From an uncultured Clostridia bacterium (GTDB taxonomy: Bacteria > Bacillota > Clostridia > Christensenellales > UBA1242): a stretch of DNA of 64,000 bases. The translations under genes were made by a program, and so were the position numbers. This document shows, piece by piece, positions 22,262 to 30,876 of the stretch (position 1 is its first letter; the number at the start of each line of letters is the position of its first letter). Under the pieces are notes generated by a model that had not been told where the DNA came from, did no database searches, and saw nothing but the letters and a program-made list of their open reading frames with translations. The stretch is from positions 383,069-447,068 of the forward strand of contig CAKVOE010000002.1 in NCBI GenBank assembly GCA_934778215.1, written 5' to 3'.

Positions 22262-22365
22262 TCGCAAGAGTGTTTATTTTTAGATATAGAAAAAGGTCAA
22301 CTTATAAGCCTACAAATTGACCATATTGTTGAGATTACTTATAATGTATGTAAAAAGTTGTTTAG
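22262..22365 (+). pseudogene. 3' fragment homologous to the 84-aa gene at 7339..7593
   Basis: Translates FLDIEKGQLISLQIDHIVEITYNVCKKLFR* versus FNLDIEKGQLHNLEIDHVVEITYRVCKKLFQS*; no 5' part present. Confidence 0.7.
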
Positions 22366-23174
22366 ATAGGATGTTTTTCTTTATAATCCCTATATTTTTC
22401 TAAATGTTGATAAACATCTCTCTTTTTGATTGCTACAATTAATTTGGTATCTTTAAGTATCTCTTCATTAACCATAATCACAATTTCTAAACAAGCCAAT
22501 GTATATAAAATAATTTTATCAAAATTTGGTAAATACATTGAAATGCCATTATCAAAAATATCATCCTTAACGGATAACTTGTCTAATAGTTTTTTATCAA
22601 CAATCATGCCATTATGTACAATATTATTTCTTAATGCATGCAACTCATTATAGAAATGAAACTCGTAGTCAAGTTTATCAGTTAATTCTGGAAATTTTTT
22701 ATAAAAATTTGATTTAGGATCATCATTAAATCCTTTGGGTAAATTTTTATCATTGTCTATGTTATACATTAATTTAAAGAACATATTTATATATGTGTCA
22801 GTATTAACCATTAAACATTGCGATACCCATTTATATTCTTCTGCATAATCGGACATGGCTTTAAGGGTCGGATCGTCAAAGATTTTGATCGCATCGACAT
22901 TTTTTTCTGCAAATTTTTGAAAATTATCCAAATTATAATTTAACATTAAATCGTTATTATTAACATTTAAACATTTTAGTATTTTTGAAAATTGATTATC
23001 TGAATTTTTTTGAACTCCACTTTGAATAACTTTCTTTATTTCTTGTCCAATTGGTGTTTCAATCAGTTTACTATTATCAGTTAAGAATTTGTTTAAATAG
23101 TGTTTATATCTTTCTAATACTTTTTCGAGTCCTAACACAACTTCATTTAATTTATATAATTCCTTATTAGTCAT
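22362..23174 (-). CDS. Hypothetical protein with HEPN-like RNxxxH motif
   Basis: ELHALRNNIVHNG motif; clean ATG start. Confidence 0.5.
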   Translation of the reverse strand: MTNKELYKLNEVVLGLEKVLERYKHYLNKFLTDNSKLIETPIGQEIKKVIQSGVQKNSDNQFSKILKCLNVNNNDLMLNYNLDNFQKFAEKNVDAIKIFDDPTLKAMSDYAEEYKWVSQCLMVNTDTYINMFFKLMYNIDNDKNLPKGFNDDPKSNFYKKFPELTDKLDYEFHFYNELHALRNNIVHNGMIVDKKLLDKLSVKDDIFDNGISMYLPNFDKIILYTLACLEIVIMVNEEILKDTKLIVAIKKRDVYQHLEKYRDYKEKHPI

Positions 23175-23307
23175 ACATTTACCTCTCTTCTACAATTATA
23201 TCATATTTAAGCCTCAATTGTATAAATCTTTAATAAAAATTAATTTTTAATTAAAAATTATGAAAAACTAAATATTTTTGTTATAATAAATTCAGAGGTA
23301 AAATCAG

Positions 23308-23694
23308 ATGGATATCAATGAATACATGAGAAGGGTGAGATTTCAACCAAATTCTGCCCATATACCAGATTATATTATGAAAGGTTTTGAAGAAGAAAAA
23401 CGCAAGGAAGAATTAGAAATTCAGAAAACCAAGAAAATAATGCAAATGCAAAAAGATGTAGAAAACCAAAAAGAAAGCCAAGATGCAATGGCTCAAAATC
23501 TCAAGGAGTTAGTAGTATTGCAACATGAGTATAACACCATTATTCAAAATCAATGTGAAGAATTAAAAAGACAAAATATTCAACAAGCAAAAGATTTGAA
23601 AAAGCAAAAGATTTGGAATTGGATTACTTATGGCATTACAACGGCAATTGCATTAGCTTCTGTTATTGGAACTTTTATTAGTCTTTTTAGATAA
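23308..23694 (+). CDS. Coiled-coil protein with C-terminal TM anchor
   Basis: Charged heptad-like middle, WNWITYGITTAIALASVIGTFISLF tail. Confidence 0.5.
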   Translation: MDINEYMRRVRFQPNSAHIPDYIMKGFEEEKRKEELEIQKTKKIMQMQKDVENQKESQDAMAQNLKELVVLQHEYNTIIQNQCEELKRQNIQQAKDLKKQKIWNWITYGITTAIALASVIGTFISLFR

Positions 23695-23873
23695 ATCTTC
23701 AAAGTGCACCCAAACCATGAAATTGGTCAAAAGTGCAACAATTCGTCACCGTGATTTTGGGTTGGTTTGATTAAAAGTTAGAAAAGATAGTCAAATTGAT
23801 TGAGATTTCCTGTCAAATTGGCTATAGTTTTTATGATAATTAATAAAATTGGTGTTAGAAAGGATATTTTAAT

Positions 23874-23930
23874 AATTTTCCATTGCTCCTAAGCGATAGG
23901 TCGGCAGTTCGAATCTGCCTATTCACACCA
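23874..23930 (+). repeat. Island-end + 3' half of tRNA-Arg (inverted copy of 6374..6430)
   Basis: 57 nt, 1 mismatch to the reverse complement of 6374..6430. Confidence 0.85.
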
Positions 23931-24212
23931 ATTAATTAATTTATTTGAAAAAAGTCTCGTTTTTATATGCAAAAATGAGACTTTTTCAAATATTGGCGGG
24001 TTTTGTTGGTTTATTAAAGCTAATAATTTTTGTTATTGCTGTTTAATTGGCATCAAGAGTGTTTAATTGGCATAATAAAAGTGTTTAACCTATATCGTAA
24101 AAGCGGTTGGTATTTCTGTTTAATAAATAGGTTGCATTTAAGTATAAATTTTTGTTTTTGCATTGGCGCAGAACTCAATTGTTAGGCAAAAATTTATACA
24201 CAGTCCGTTAAA

Positions 24213-24716
24213 TTATTTGCAAATTTCGTCTTCTGGAATTTGCTGAACAGATTTAAAATTGTGCTCGAGCATATTCATATTTTCGTCAAAACGCACGCTA
24301 CCAATAATCTTTTTGCCCTTTAAAACTTCTGGTAGCCAAAGTAAATCATCTTTTAGCATACGGTCAAAAGGTACGTTTTCTAAATCAAACCAGTGGGGAA
24401 TAATCTCATCGGTTTCCTTCATTTCGCCGTCATATTTTGTGCATTTATATACAAACATTTCCAAATCAGAATGTTCGCCCTTATACCAAACATTAAAGCG
24501 AATTCTGCCAACTTTTGAGTATTCAACTGGCAATGCGCCGACCTCTTCCACGCACTCTCGTAGCATTGCTTCATCAATGGTTTCGCCGGGATCTTGTTTG
24601 CCCCCAATTCCGTTTAGTGTGCCCTTTGCAAAGCCACGCTTTTTCTCGCCAAGTAAAATTTTACCGTCTTTAATAAATAGTGTTAATGTAGTTTTAATTT
24701 TCTTTAATTCTTCCAT
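24213..24716 (-). CDS. NUDIX hydrolase (MutT-like)
   Basis: Nudix box GIGGKQDPGETIDEAMLRECVEEVG. Confidence 0.8.
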   Translation of the reverse strand: MEELKKIKTTLTLFIKDGKILLGEKKRGFAKGTLNGIGGKQDPGETIDEAMLRECVEEVGALPVEYSKVGRIRFNVWYKGEHSDLEMFVYKCTKYDGEMKETDEIIPHWFDLENVPFDRMLKDDLLWLPEVLKGKKIIGSVRFDENMNMLEHNFKSVQQIPEDEICK

Positions 24717-25171
24717 ATTTTTCTCCTAAAATAAAAATTAAGCTGTAAAATTAACCTCCTTTAAACATAAACAAAAAATAACACAGCCAAATTACAATTT
24801 GTATGTATTTTTTTTGCCATTCTTAAGAAATTAATCTTCCAACTTAAACAAATGGAATGGACGAATCTTTGTAACAATATGATATAACGGCGTGGTCGTT
24901 TTGTCAACACTAAAATTAAAAATATTTAAAATTTTCATAAAAAGAAATTAAAAACTAGCCAAAACTTAAAAATACCGTTATCGTTAAATAATTAATTTCT
25001 ACTGAGCAAAAACCTTTTAAAGAAATTTTATGAGGCACAGCAAAATAAATTTTTAGAAATATAATACAAAAATACGATACAAAACGACATGTTCTATGTT
25101 ATAATGAAAATATAAGAATTAAAATTTTATAAAACATTAGGCTAGTTCGCTTAAAATTTTAAGGAGATTCT

Positions 25172-25723
25172 ATGAAAAATTACTTTATAATTCATGGCAG
25201 TTTTGGAGATAGCAAAGAACATTATTTGCCTTGGCTAAAAAACGAACTAGAAAAATTGGGTGAAGTTGTTTGTGTGGATTTTCCTATTGGCGTTGGAGTG
25301 CAAACATTTGAGAGTTGGTCAAAAGTTCTAGACCAATATAAAGATAAAATAACCGAAGATACAATTTTTATTGGCAGAAGTATTGGTCCAATATTCGCAA
25401 TTAAATACTTAATGAAAAATAACTTGCATATAGACAAATTATTTTCAATAAGTGGTTTTAACAATGCAATTATAGATAATGGCGATTACGATAAAGTAAA
25501 TTCTACAATGTTTGTCGAAAATCTAAAAGATTTTAAAAAACATTGTAACCGTATAACTTGTATTATAAGTGAAAATGACCCTTATGTTAAACTTAAAGAT
25601 TTAGAGGATTTTGCAAACATACTTGCAGACAAAATAATCAATATCAAAGACGGTGGGCATTTTAATGCCGACTCAGACTATGGCGAAAAATTTGAAAAAT
25701 TACTAAAAGAAATTGAGGGGTAA
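25172..25723 (+). CDS. Alpha/beta serine hydrolase (YdeN/RBBP9-like)
   Basis: About 180 aa, IIHGSFGDSKEHYLPWL start, GRSIG nucleophile motif, late DGGHF. Confidence 0.6.
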   Translation: MKNYFIIHGSFGDSKEHYLPWLKNELEKLGEVVCVDFPIGVGVQTFESWSKVLDQYKDKITEDTIFIGRSIGPIFAIKYLMKNNLHIDKLFSISGFNNAIIDNGDYDKVNSTMFVENLKDFKKHCNRITCIISENDPYVKLKDLEDFANILADKIINIKDGGHFNADSDYGEKFEKLLKEIEG

Positions 25724-25727
25724 AAAT

Positions 25728-26492
25728 ATGAAAACACTAATTATGTCATCAAGTTTCAGAGGCTTTACGACCGATGAAAACGGAAATAAAATACCTTGCA
25801 AGATAGACAATGAAAATGGTTTTTTAGATACACTTAAAAAATATCTTACTAAAAGAAAATGTATGGTTATTATTTCAGGTAATCCTAAAAAAATACATAC
25901 AAAAGACCCAAACGATATAACAAGAAAGTATTTCGCCATGAGTGGTATTGCTTTTGACGAATACATATATGTGAATGACCAGAACAAAGATAAAATAAAA
26001 GAATATATAGCAAAGGCTGATTGTATCAATTTGTTTGGTGGACATTTACCAACAGGAAATGCATTTATAAATGAACTTAATTTACGAGAACTTGTTAAAG
26101 ATTTTGATGGAGTTTTAATTGGTGGATCTGGTGGGGCAATGGACATGGCAGATACTGTTTATTGCAAGCCTGAAGAAGATGGTGAATTTGCTGATAAAAC
26201 ATTTAATCGTTATTTAAAAGGACTTGGGATTACTAATATCAATATAATTCCGCATTACTATTTAATAAAGGATAAAATGCTTGATGGTGCTAGAATTATA
26301 GAAGATGTTATTGCACCTGATACGTATAAAACACCTTTGATCGTATTACCAGACGGAAGTTACATTGTTCAAGAAGGTCAAAGACAACTACTATATGGAG
26401 AATCCTTCTTGTTCAAAAACGGCAAGTTAATTAAAATCTGTGAAAATAACAAGACAAAAATATTATCTGATTACAAAGAAAAGAAATTTTAA
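25728..26492 (+). CDS. Peptidase S51 family protein, paralogue 2
   Basis: GGSGGAMDMADTVY...KGLGITNINIIPH; ATG after GAGGGG. Confidence 0.7.
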   Translation: MKTLIMSSSFRGFTTDENGNKIPCKIDNENGFLDTLKKYLTKRKCMVIISGNPKKIHTKDPNDITRKYFAMSGIAFDEYIYVNDQNKDKIKEYIAKADCINLFGGHLPTGNAFINELNLRELVKDFDGVLIGGSGGAMDMADTVYCKPEEDGEFADKTFNRYLKGLGITNINIIPHYYLIKDKMLDGARIIEDVIAPDTYKTPLIVLPDGSYIVQEGQRQLLYGESFLFKNGKLIKICENNKTKILSDYKEKKF

Positions 26493-26508
26493 GTTTAAGG
26501 AGAAAATT

Positions 26509-27246
26509 ATGTTTGAAAACAAAGTAGTTTTAATTACGGGCGGAACTCGTGGAATTGGCAGAGCTACTGCTATTAAATTTGCAAAACTCGGTGCAAAAAT
26601 TGTAGCTGTTTATCATGGAAATGAGAAAAGTGCAAATAGTTTAGTTAAAGAGATTGAAGCATTTGGTGGTGCGGTCAAAACATTAAAAGCAGATGTTTCA
26701 GTTGAGAGCGAACTAGATAGAATTGTTGATTTAACATTGTCCGAGTTTGGAAAAATAGACATCTTGGTTAATAATGCTGGAATAGTTTTTGATAGAGAAT
26801 TTGAAGATATAAAATATGATGAGAGTTTGCAAATTTTGAAGACTAACACTCTTGCTCCACTATTTTTAAGTCAAAGAACTGCACCAATAATGCTTAAAAA
26901 TAATGGCGGTGTAATCATAAATGTAAGTAGCACAAGTGGAATGTATGACTTTAACCCTGGTACAGCAGATTACGCTATGAGCAAAATTGCTTTGCAATCT
27001 CTTACAAAAGACCTATCTATGAAATATGCTCCTAAAATTAGAGTTAATGCAGTCGCACCCGGTTGGGTTAATACAGATATGAATGCTGACTTACCAAAAG
27101 AATTTGTTGAAAGTGAAACAGCAAAATATCATATGAAACGTTGGGCTGAACCTGAAGAAATTGCAGATGTAATTATTTATCTTGCTAGTCCTAATGCAAG
27201 TTATGTTACAGGATCTGTGCTAGTGCTTGATGGCGGTCATTGTTAA
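26509..27246 (+). CDS. Short-chain dehydrogenase/reductase (FabG-like)
   Basis: TGGTRGIGRA Rossmann motif, NNAG, catalytic YAMSK. Confidence 0.85.
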   Translation: MFENKVVLITGGTRGIGRATAIKFAKLGAKIVAVYHGNEKSANSLVKEIEAFGGAVKTLKADVSVESELDRIVDLTLSEFGKIDILVNNAGIVFDREFEDIKYDESLQILKTNTLAPLFLSQRTAPIMLKNNGGVIINVSSTSGMYDFNPGTADYAMSKIALQSLTKDLSMKYAPKIRVNAVAPGWVNTDMNADLPKEFVESETAKYHMKRWAEPEEIADVIIYLASPNASYVTGSVLVLDGGHC

Positions 27247-27259
27247 AAAGGAGAAAATT

Positions 27260-28633
27260 ATGAAACAAGCAAATAAAATACAAATTGATAACGATATATA
27301 TGGCATTATAGCAGAAATACTCGTTGGGTTGATGATTGTCGCAGGTTTAGTAGTTGCTAAAACTGGGGGAAGGTTAGCGGAAGTTCCTAAGTTGATGTTA
27401 TTTGTAATTTTAGTGGTACTAGTTTTGTGCGTTGAAGCGTTTGTGCTTTCGATTATACAATTAAAAAAGAAGTTGTCCTTTAATGCAAAAATAGGAAAAA
27501 ATCTAAAGGAAAAAGAAATTGTTTTATTAAAAGAAGAGTTGCGTCAATTATCAGGGCGGACAGCAGATATAATGATTGCACAAGTTCCAATAATACTATT
27601 AGTTCCTTTAATTTGGTTGTTTGTTAATAAAATTAAAACAGGCGAAAGTATAGCAGAAATAGTACTGTTTGGTTTATGTATTGCTTTTGTAGTGTTTTTA
27701 ATTTTTGCAGGTTTTTGTAGTTTTATTAAGAAGAAAATACATGCAAAGCGTATGGCAAAGCATAAAAGTATAAAACTAATGGGAAAACTAGAACAGGTGT
27801 ACTTGGTGCCGTATGTTAGATTAAACAGAGAAGCATATTACTGTTTAAGAATTTCTTATATTGAAGATGGCGAAAAAAAGGAGTTTACGACCGCCCCCGA
27901 CTGTTCTAAAGAATTTGTTGCCCACCTAAATAAACTTGAATATATTCCGCTTATAAAAAACAAAGAAGAAATTACCATAGACAGAAAGGAAGTAGTAAAT
28001 GTTCCCCAAAATAATTATGCGACAGATATCGATTTTTATAATTTGCAAAAATTCACAACTAAAAAAAATAAAACAAATGAGGCCAATAGTACAAGTGAGG
28101 CTAATAGTACAAGTGCAAAACCAAACAATATAAACAAATCAGAACAAGTTCTTGATATTGTTAAATATTTTTTGGGTATAGCATTTCCGTTAATACTAAT
28201 ATTGGTTGGTGCTTTTGTGCTGTTAAAAATGAGAAACAATTTTAACCCTTCGGCTTGTGTGTTTCCGTGTGTATTAATAGTTTCGGGTTTAATTGCTTTT
28301 ACCGCATACACTATCATGGCTTTTCGTTTGATAAACAAAAAAAAGTGTGTAAATTTTGGCAAAAAAAATGTTGCAGAGAGTTTCAAAATATTAAGAATTA
28401 GCCAATATGAAAGGAACCTACAAAACTATAATTTATATACAATCAAATATTATTACTATGACGAAAACAAACGTTTACGCCACGACAAAGATCGGATTAT
28501 GTTGGTGGGTGCATACAAGTCTGATATGACCAATTTAAACAGATTGCCTATAAAAACATATAAAAAACATGCAATCATAGATTTTGAAGAGTTGACGAGT
28601 TCATTACACAGAAAGAGAAATGTCCTTGAATAA
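27260..28633 (+). CDS. Multi-pass membrane protein of unknown function
   Basis: Several TM segments; internal 21-nt tandem duplication (NEANSTSEANSTS). Confidence 0.55.
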   Translation: MKQANKIQIDNDIYGIIAEILVGLMIVAGLVVAKTGGRLAEVPKLMLFVILVVLVLCVEAFVLSIIQLKKKLSFNAKIGKNLKEKEIVLLKEELRQLSGRTADIMIAQVPIILLVPLIWLFVNKIKTGESIAEIVLFGLCIAFVVFLIFAGFCSFIKKKIHAKRMAKHKSIKLMGKLEQVYLVPYVRLNREAYYCLRISYIEDGEKKEFTTAPDCSKEFVAHLNKLEYIPLIKNKEEITIDRKEVVNVPQNNYATDIDFYNLQKFTTKKNKTNEANSTSEANSTSAKPNNINKSEQVLDIVKYFLGIAFPLILILVGAFVLLKMRNNFNPSACVFPCVLIVSGLIAFTAYTIMAFRLINKKKCVNFGKKNVAESFKILRISQYERNLQNYNLYTIKYYYYDENKRLRHDKDRIMLVGAYKSDMTNLNRLPIKTYKKHAIIDFEELTSSLHRKRNVLE

Positions 28634-28640
28634 AAATATA

Positions 28641-28701
28641 ATTAAAAAAGGATAAGGTTGCGGAGAACATTATGGCAATAGAAGTAGAAGCGGGGTTTAA
28701 G
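28641..28701 (+). repeat. Duplicate of the SD + first 11 codons of the CYTH-like gene (partner 29310..29369)
   Basis: About 60 nt similar, 32-nt perfect core ATTATGGCAATAGAAGTAGAAGCGGGGTTTAA. Confidence 0.85.
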
Positions 28702-28786
28702 GCTTAGGGGTTTTTCTGCACTTAAATAATTACTTTCAAAAAATCAGAATGGAGATTATAACGCAAAAGGAGAAACTTAATAAACA

Positions 28787-29308
28787 ATGAAAATAATTTA
28801 TGTTCATCACGCATTAAGACAAAAGGGTAATCCGCCGAGCCAAAATGACAAAATACAGCCACTAGGTCTAAAAGACGCAGAAATTGTGGCTGAACTTATA
28901 AAAATGTTGGCAGAGCATTCAAGCGTTAAAGCAATTTACACCTCGCCATATTATAGATGTGCAAAAACTGCGGAGATAATCAATAAATATATAAAGGTTC
29001 CAATATATGATGAGCCTAGATTTAATGAATTTAACAATGTGTTTAATGCAGTTGCCGGCGATAAAACAACTACAAAAACAGAAACATGGACGGAATGTCA
29101 AAACAGAATAAGAGAAGCAATAAAAGATATTGTGGATAAATACGATGATGCCGATACGGTTATTTGTGTGACAAGCGGTATAAATATAACGGCATTTATT
29201 AGTTTGGCTTTTAAAATACCACCAAGTGAAGATTTGCCACTTCCACTTGTGCCAAGTTGTTCGCCAATTGGATTTGACATAGATAAAGATTGTTTCAAGC
29301 AAAAATAA
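28787..29308 (+). CDS. Histidine-phosphatase (PGAM-like) family protein, divergent
   Basis: IIYVHHALRQ...LGLKDAEIVAELI...AIYTSPYYRCAKTAEII follows the family pattern, but RHG is replaced by HHA. Confidence 0.45.
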   Translation: MKIIYVHHALRQKGNPPSQNDKIQPLGLKDAEIVAELIKMLAEHSSVKAIYTSPYYRCAKTAEIINKYIKVPIYDEPRFNEFNNVFNAVAGDKTTTKTETWTECQNRIREAIKDIVDKYDDADTVICVTSGINITAFISLAFKIPPSEDLPLPLVPSCSPIGFDIDKDCFKQK

Positions 29309-29338
29309 AATTAAAAAAGATAAGGTTATGGAAAAATT

Positions 29339-29935
29339 ATGGCAATAGAAGTAGAAGCGGGGTTTAAAGTTAAAGAAAGCAAAGAAGAAGCAGAAAAGAT
29401 TTTGCTAGATAATGGCTTTGTAAATACTTTTAAAACTGCACATACAAGAGATGTGTATTTTGGAAAAGATATAGAGATTGAAGGCAAAAGTGAAGAAGAA
29501 ATCAAACGCAGTATGGTGCGTCTTCGTGGGTTTGAAACGTTTGAAAATTTGGAACTTTTGGGCGAAGAATATCCCGAAGGCAAATACAAGACAGATTTTA
29601 AAACGACACTAGATATATGCAATCTCTTGCTCAAAAACGGGTTTGATGTTATAATAGACACCGAAAAGACCGACTGGGTTTACAAAAAAGGCAGATGTTG
29701 GCACCAATTACAAGAAATTAAAAATATCGGGCTTGTGGACTATGTTTATAACGAAGAAATCTTTGATAAAGGCTATTCTGAAAAAGAGCAATTTGACCTA
29801 TTACACAAACAAATGACCGACCTTGGTTTCCACCTAGAATACGACCTTGGCATAGATAAACTTCGCATACTTCTATCTGGTCAAATTCAATTTTCCACAA
29901 ACCAAATCGGCAAATATAACTATCAGGAGAAATAA
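29339..29935 (+). CDS. CYTH-like (triphosphate tunnel) protein, tentative
   Basis: N-terminal IEVEAGFKV...RDVYF resembles the ExExK...D.Yf start of CYTH proteins. Confidence 0.4.
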   Translation: MAIEVEAGFKVKESKEEAEKILLDNGFVNTFKTAHTRDVYFGKDIEIEGKSEEEIKRSMVRLRGFETFENLELLGEEYPEGKYKTDFKTTLDICNLLLKNGFDVIIDTEKTDWVYKKGRCWHQLQEIKNIGLVDYVYNEEIFDKGYSEKEQFDLLHKQMTDLGFHLEYDLGIDKLRILLSGQIQFSTNQIGKYNYQEK

Positions 29936-29949
29936 ATGGAAGCACCTAG

Positions 29950-30075
29950 CTTATTATTAAACACTCAAACAAAATTGACTCGCTCAATCTATCTATGTCA
30001 GTTGGCATTGCTCTGTACGAGTTTAGTAAGCAGTCTACAAAATATATTTGCAAATCACATTTGAGAAAAGATTAA
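29950..30075 (+). pseudogene. 3' remnant of a SpoU/TrmH methyltransferase
   Basis: Translates LIIKHSNKIDSLNLSMSVGIALYEFSKQ, the C-terminal SLN..S.A..I.LYE knot motif; no upstream part. Confidence 0.5.
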
Positions 30076-30158
30076 TATCTTTGTGTGATAATGCAGATTA
30101 ATTACAAAATGTTTATATATTAATGTATAAGAAAAACACAATGGTTAAGGAGAGTAAT

Positions 30159-30617
30159 ATGCAAGTTGAGAAGATTAAAAGAGATGAGTTGTTTAAATTA
30201 GAAAAGGAATACATTTTTCATGGTAGTCCAAAATTGTTTGAAATTGGCAAACCACACAAAGCTAAATGTAATACAAAAAATCCTGTTAATGAGCAAAATG
30301 CAATTTATGGAGCATCCGATTTAAGATTTGCCATAATATTTGCATTTGAAAAGTTGCCAAGAGAACGCTTTTCGTGGGCTGCTGTTAATGAGAATGGAAA
30401 GTATATCGCAGAATTAAGAGATGATACTTATGTTGATGATAATGCAAAAGGATATTTGTATTGTTATGATAAATCTAAATTTAAGCCTACAAGTCAAGGA
30501 TCTGCTCAACATGTGTGTATGGAAGAATTAAAACCAATTAAAGTTTTTGAGATTGAATACAAAGACTATGTCGATTTATTTGTTAGTGTTAAAAAAGAAA
30601 ATGAGGTGGTATTATGA
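30159..30617 (+). CDS. Hypothetical protein
   Basis: ORF with AAGGAG SD before ATG 30159. Confidence 0.5.
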   Translation: MQVEKIKRDELFKLEKEYIFHGSPKLFEIGKPHKAKCNTKNPVNEQNAIYGASDLRFAIIFAFEKLPRERFSWAAVNENGKYIAELRDDTYVDDNAKGYLYCYDKSKFKPTSQGSAQHVCMEELKPIKVFEIEYKDYVDLFVSVKKENEVVL

Positions 30618-30736
30618 ATAACATAGTAATAATTAGCGGTGGAGCAAATGGTTTAGGACTTGAATTAGTTAAAGTATTACATAAAGAAGGATATTTCGTT
30701 TGCAATATTGACAAAGATGGAAAAGCATTTTGTTAG
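30614..30736 (+). pseudogene. 5' fragment of an SDR gene (40 codons)
   Basis: MNNIVIISGGANGLGLELVKVLHKEGYFVCNIDKDG then premature stop. Confidence 0.5.
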
Positions 30737-30876
30737 GAAAGGTTGTTATTTTTCTTTAAAAATTTAAAAATTTTTTATACAGAATTGAAAATGATATGTT
30801 ATAATACAAGCATAGTTGCAAAGATGCTCAAAATTATACTCCACTTATGCAACTTAAAAATAAAAAGGAGAATATT

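Noticed and set aside
24259-24729. 156-aa plus-strand ORF
   Set aside because: It lies antisense to the NUDIX hydrolase gene, which carries a perfect Nudix box; shadow ORF.
25703-26146. 147-aa minus-strand ORF
   Set aside because: It lies antisense to the S51 paralogue 2. The same reasoning applies to 5905..6306, 28919..29302, 29326..29661, 8525..8904, 31054..32427 and similar short antisense ORFs in the track.
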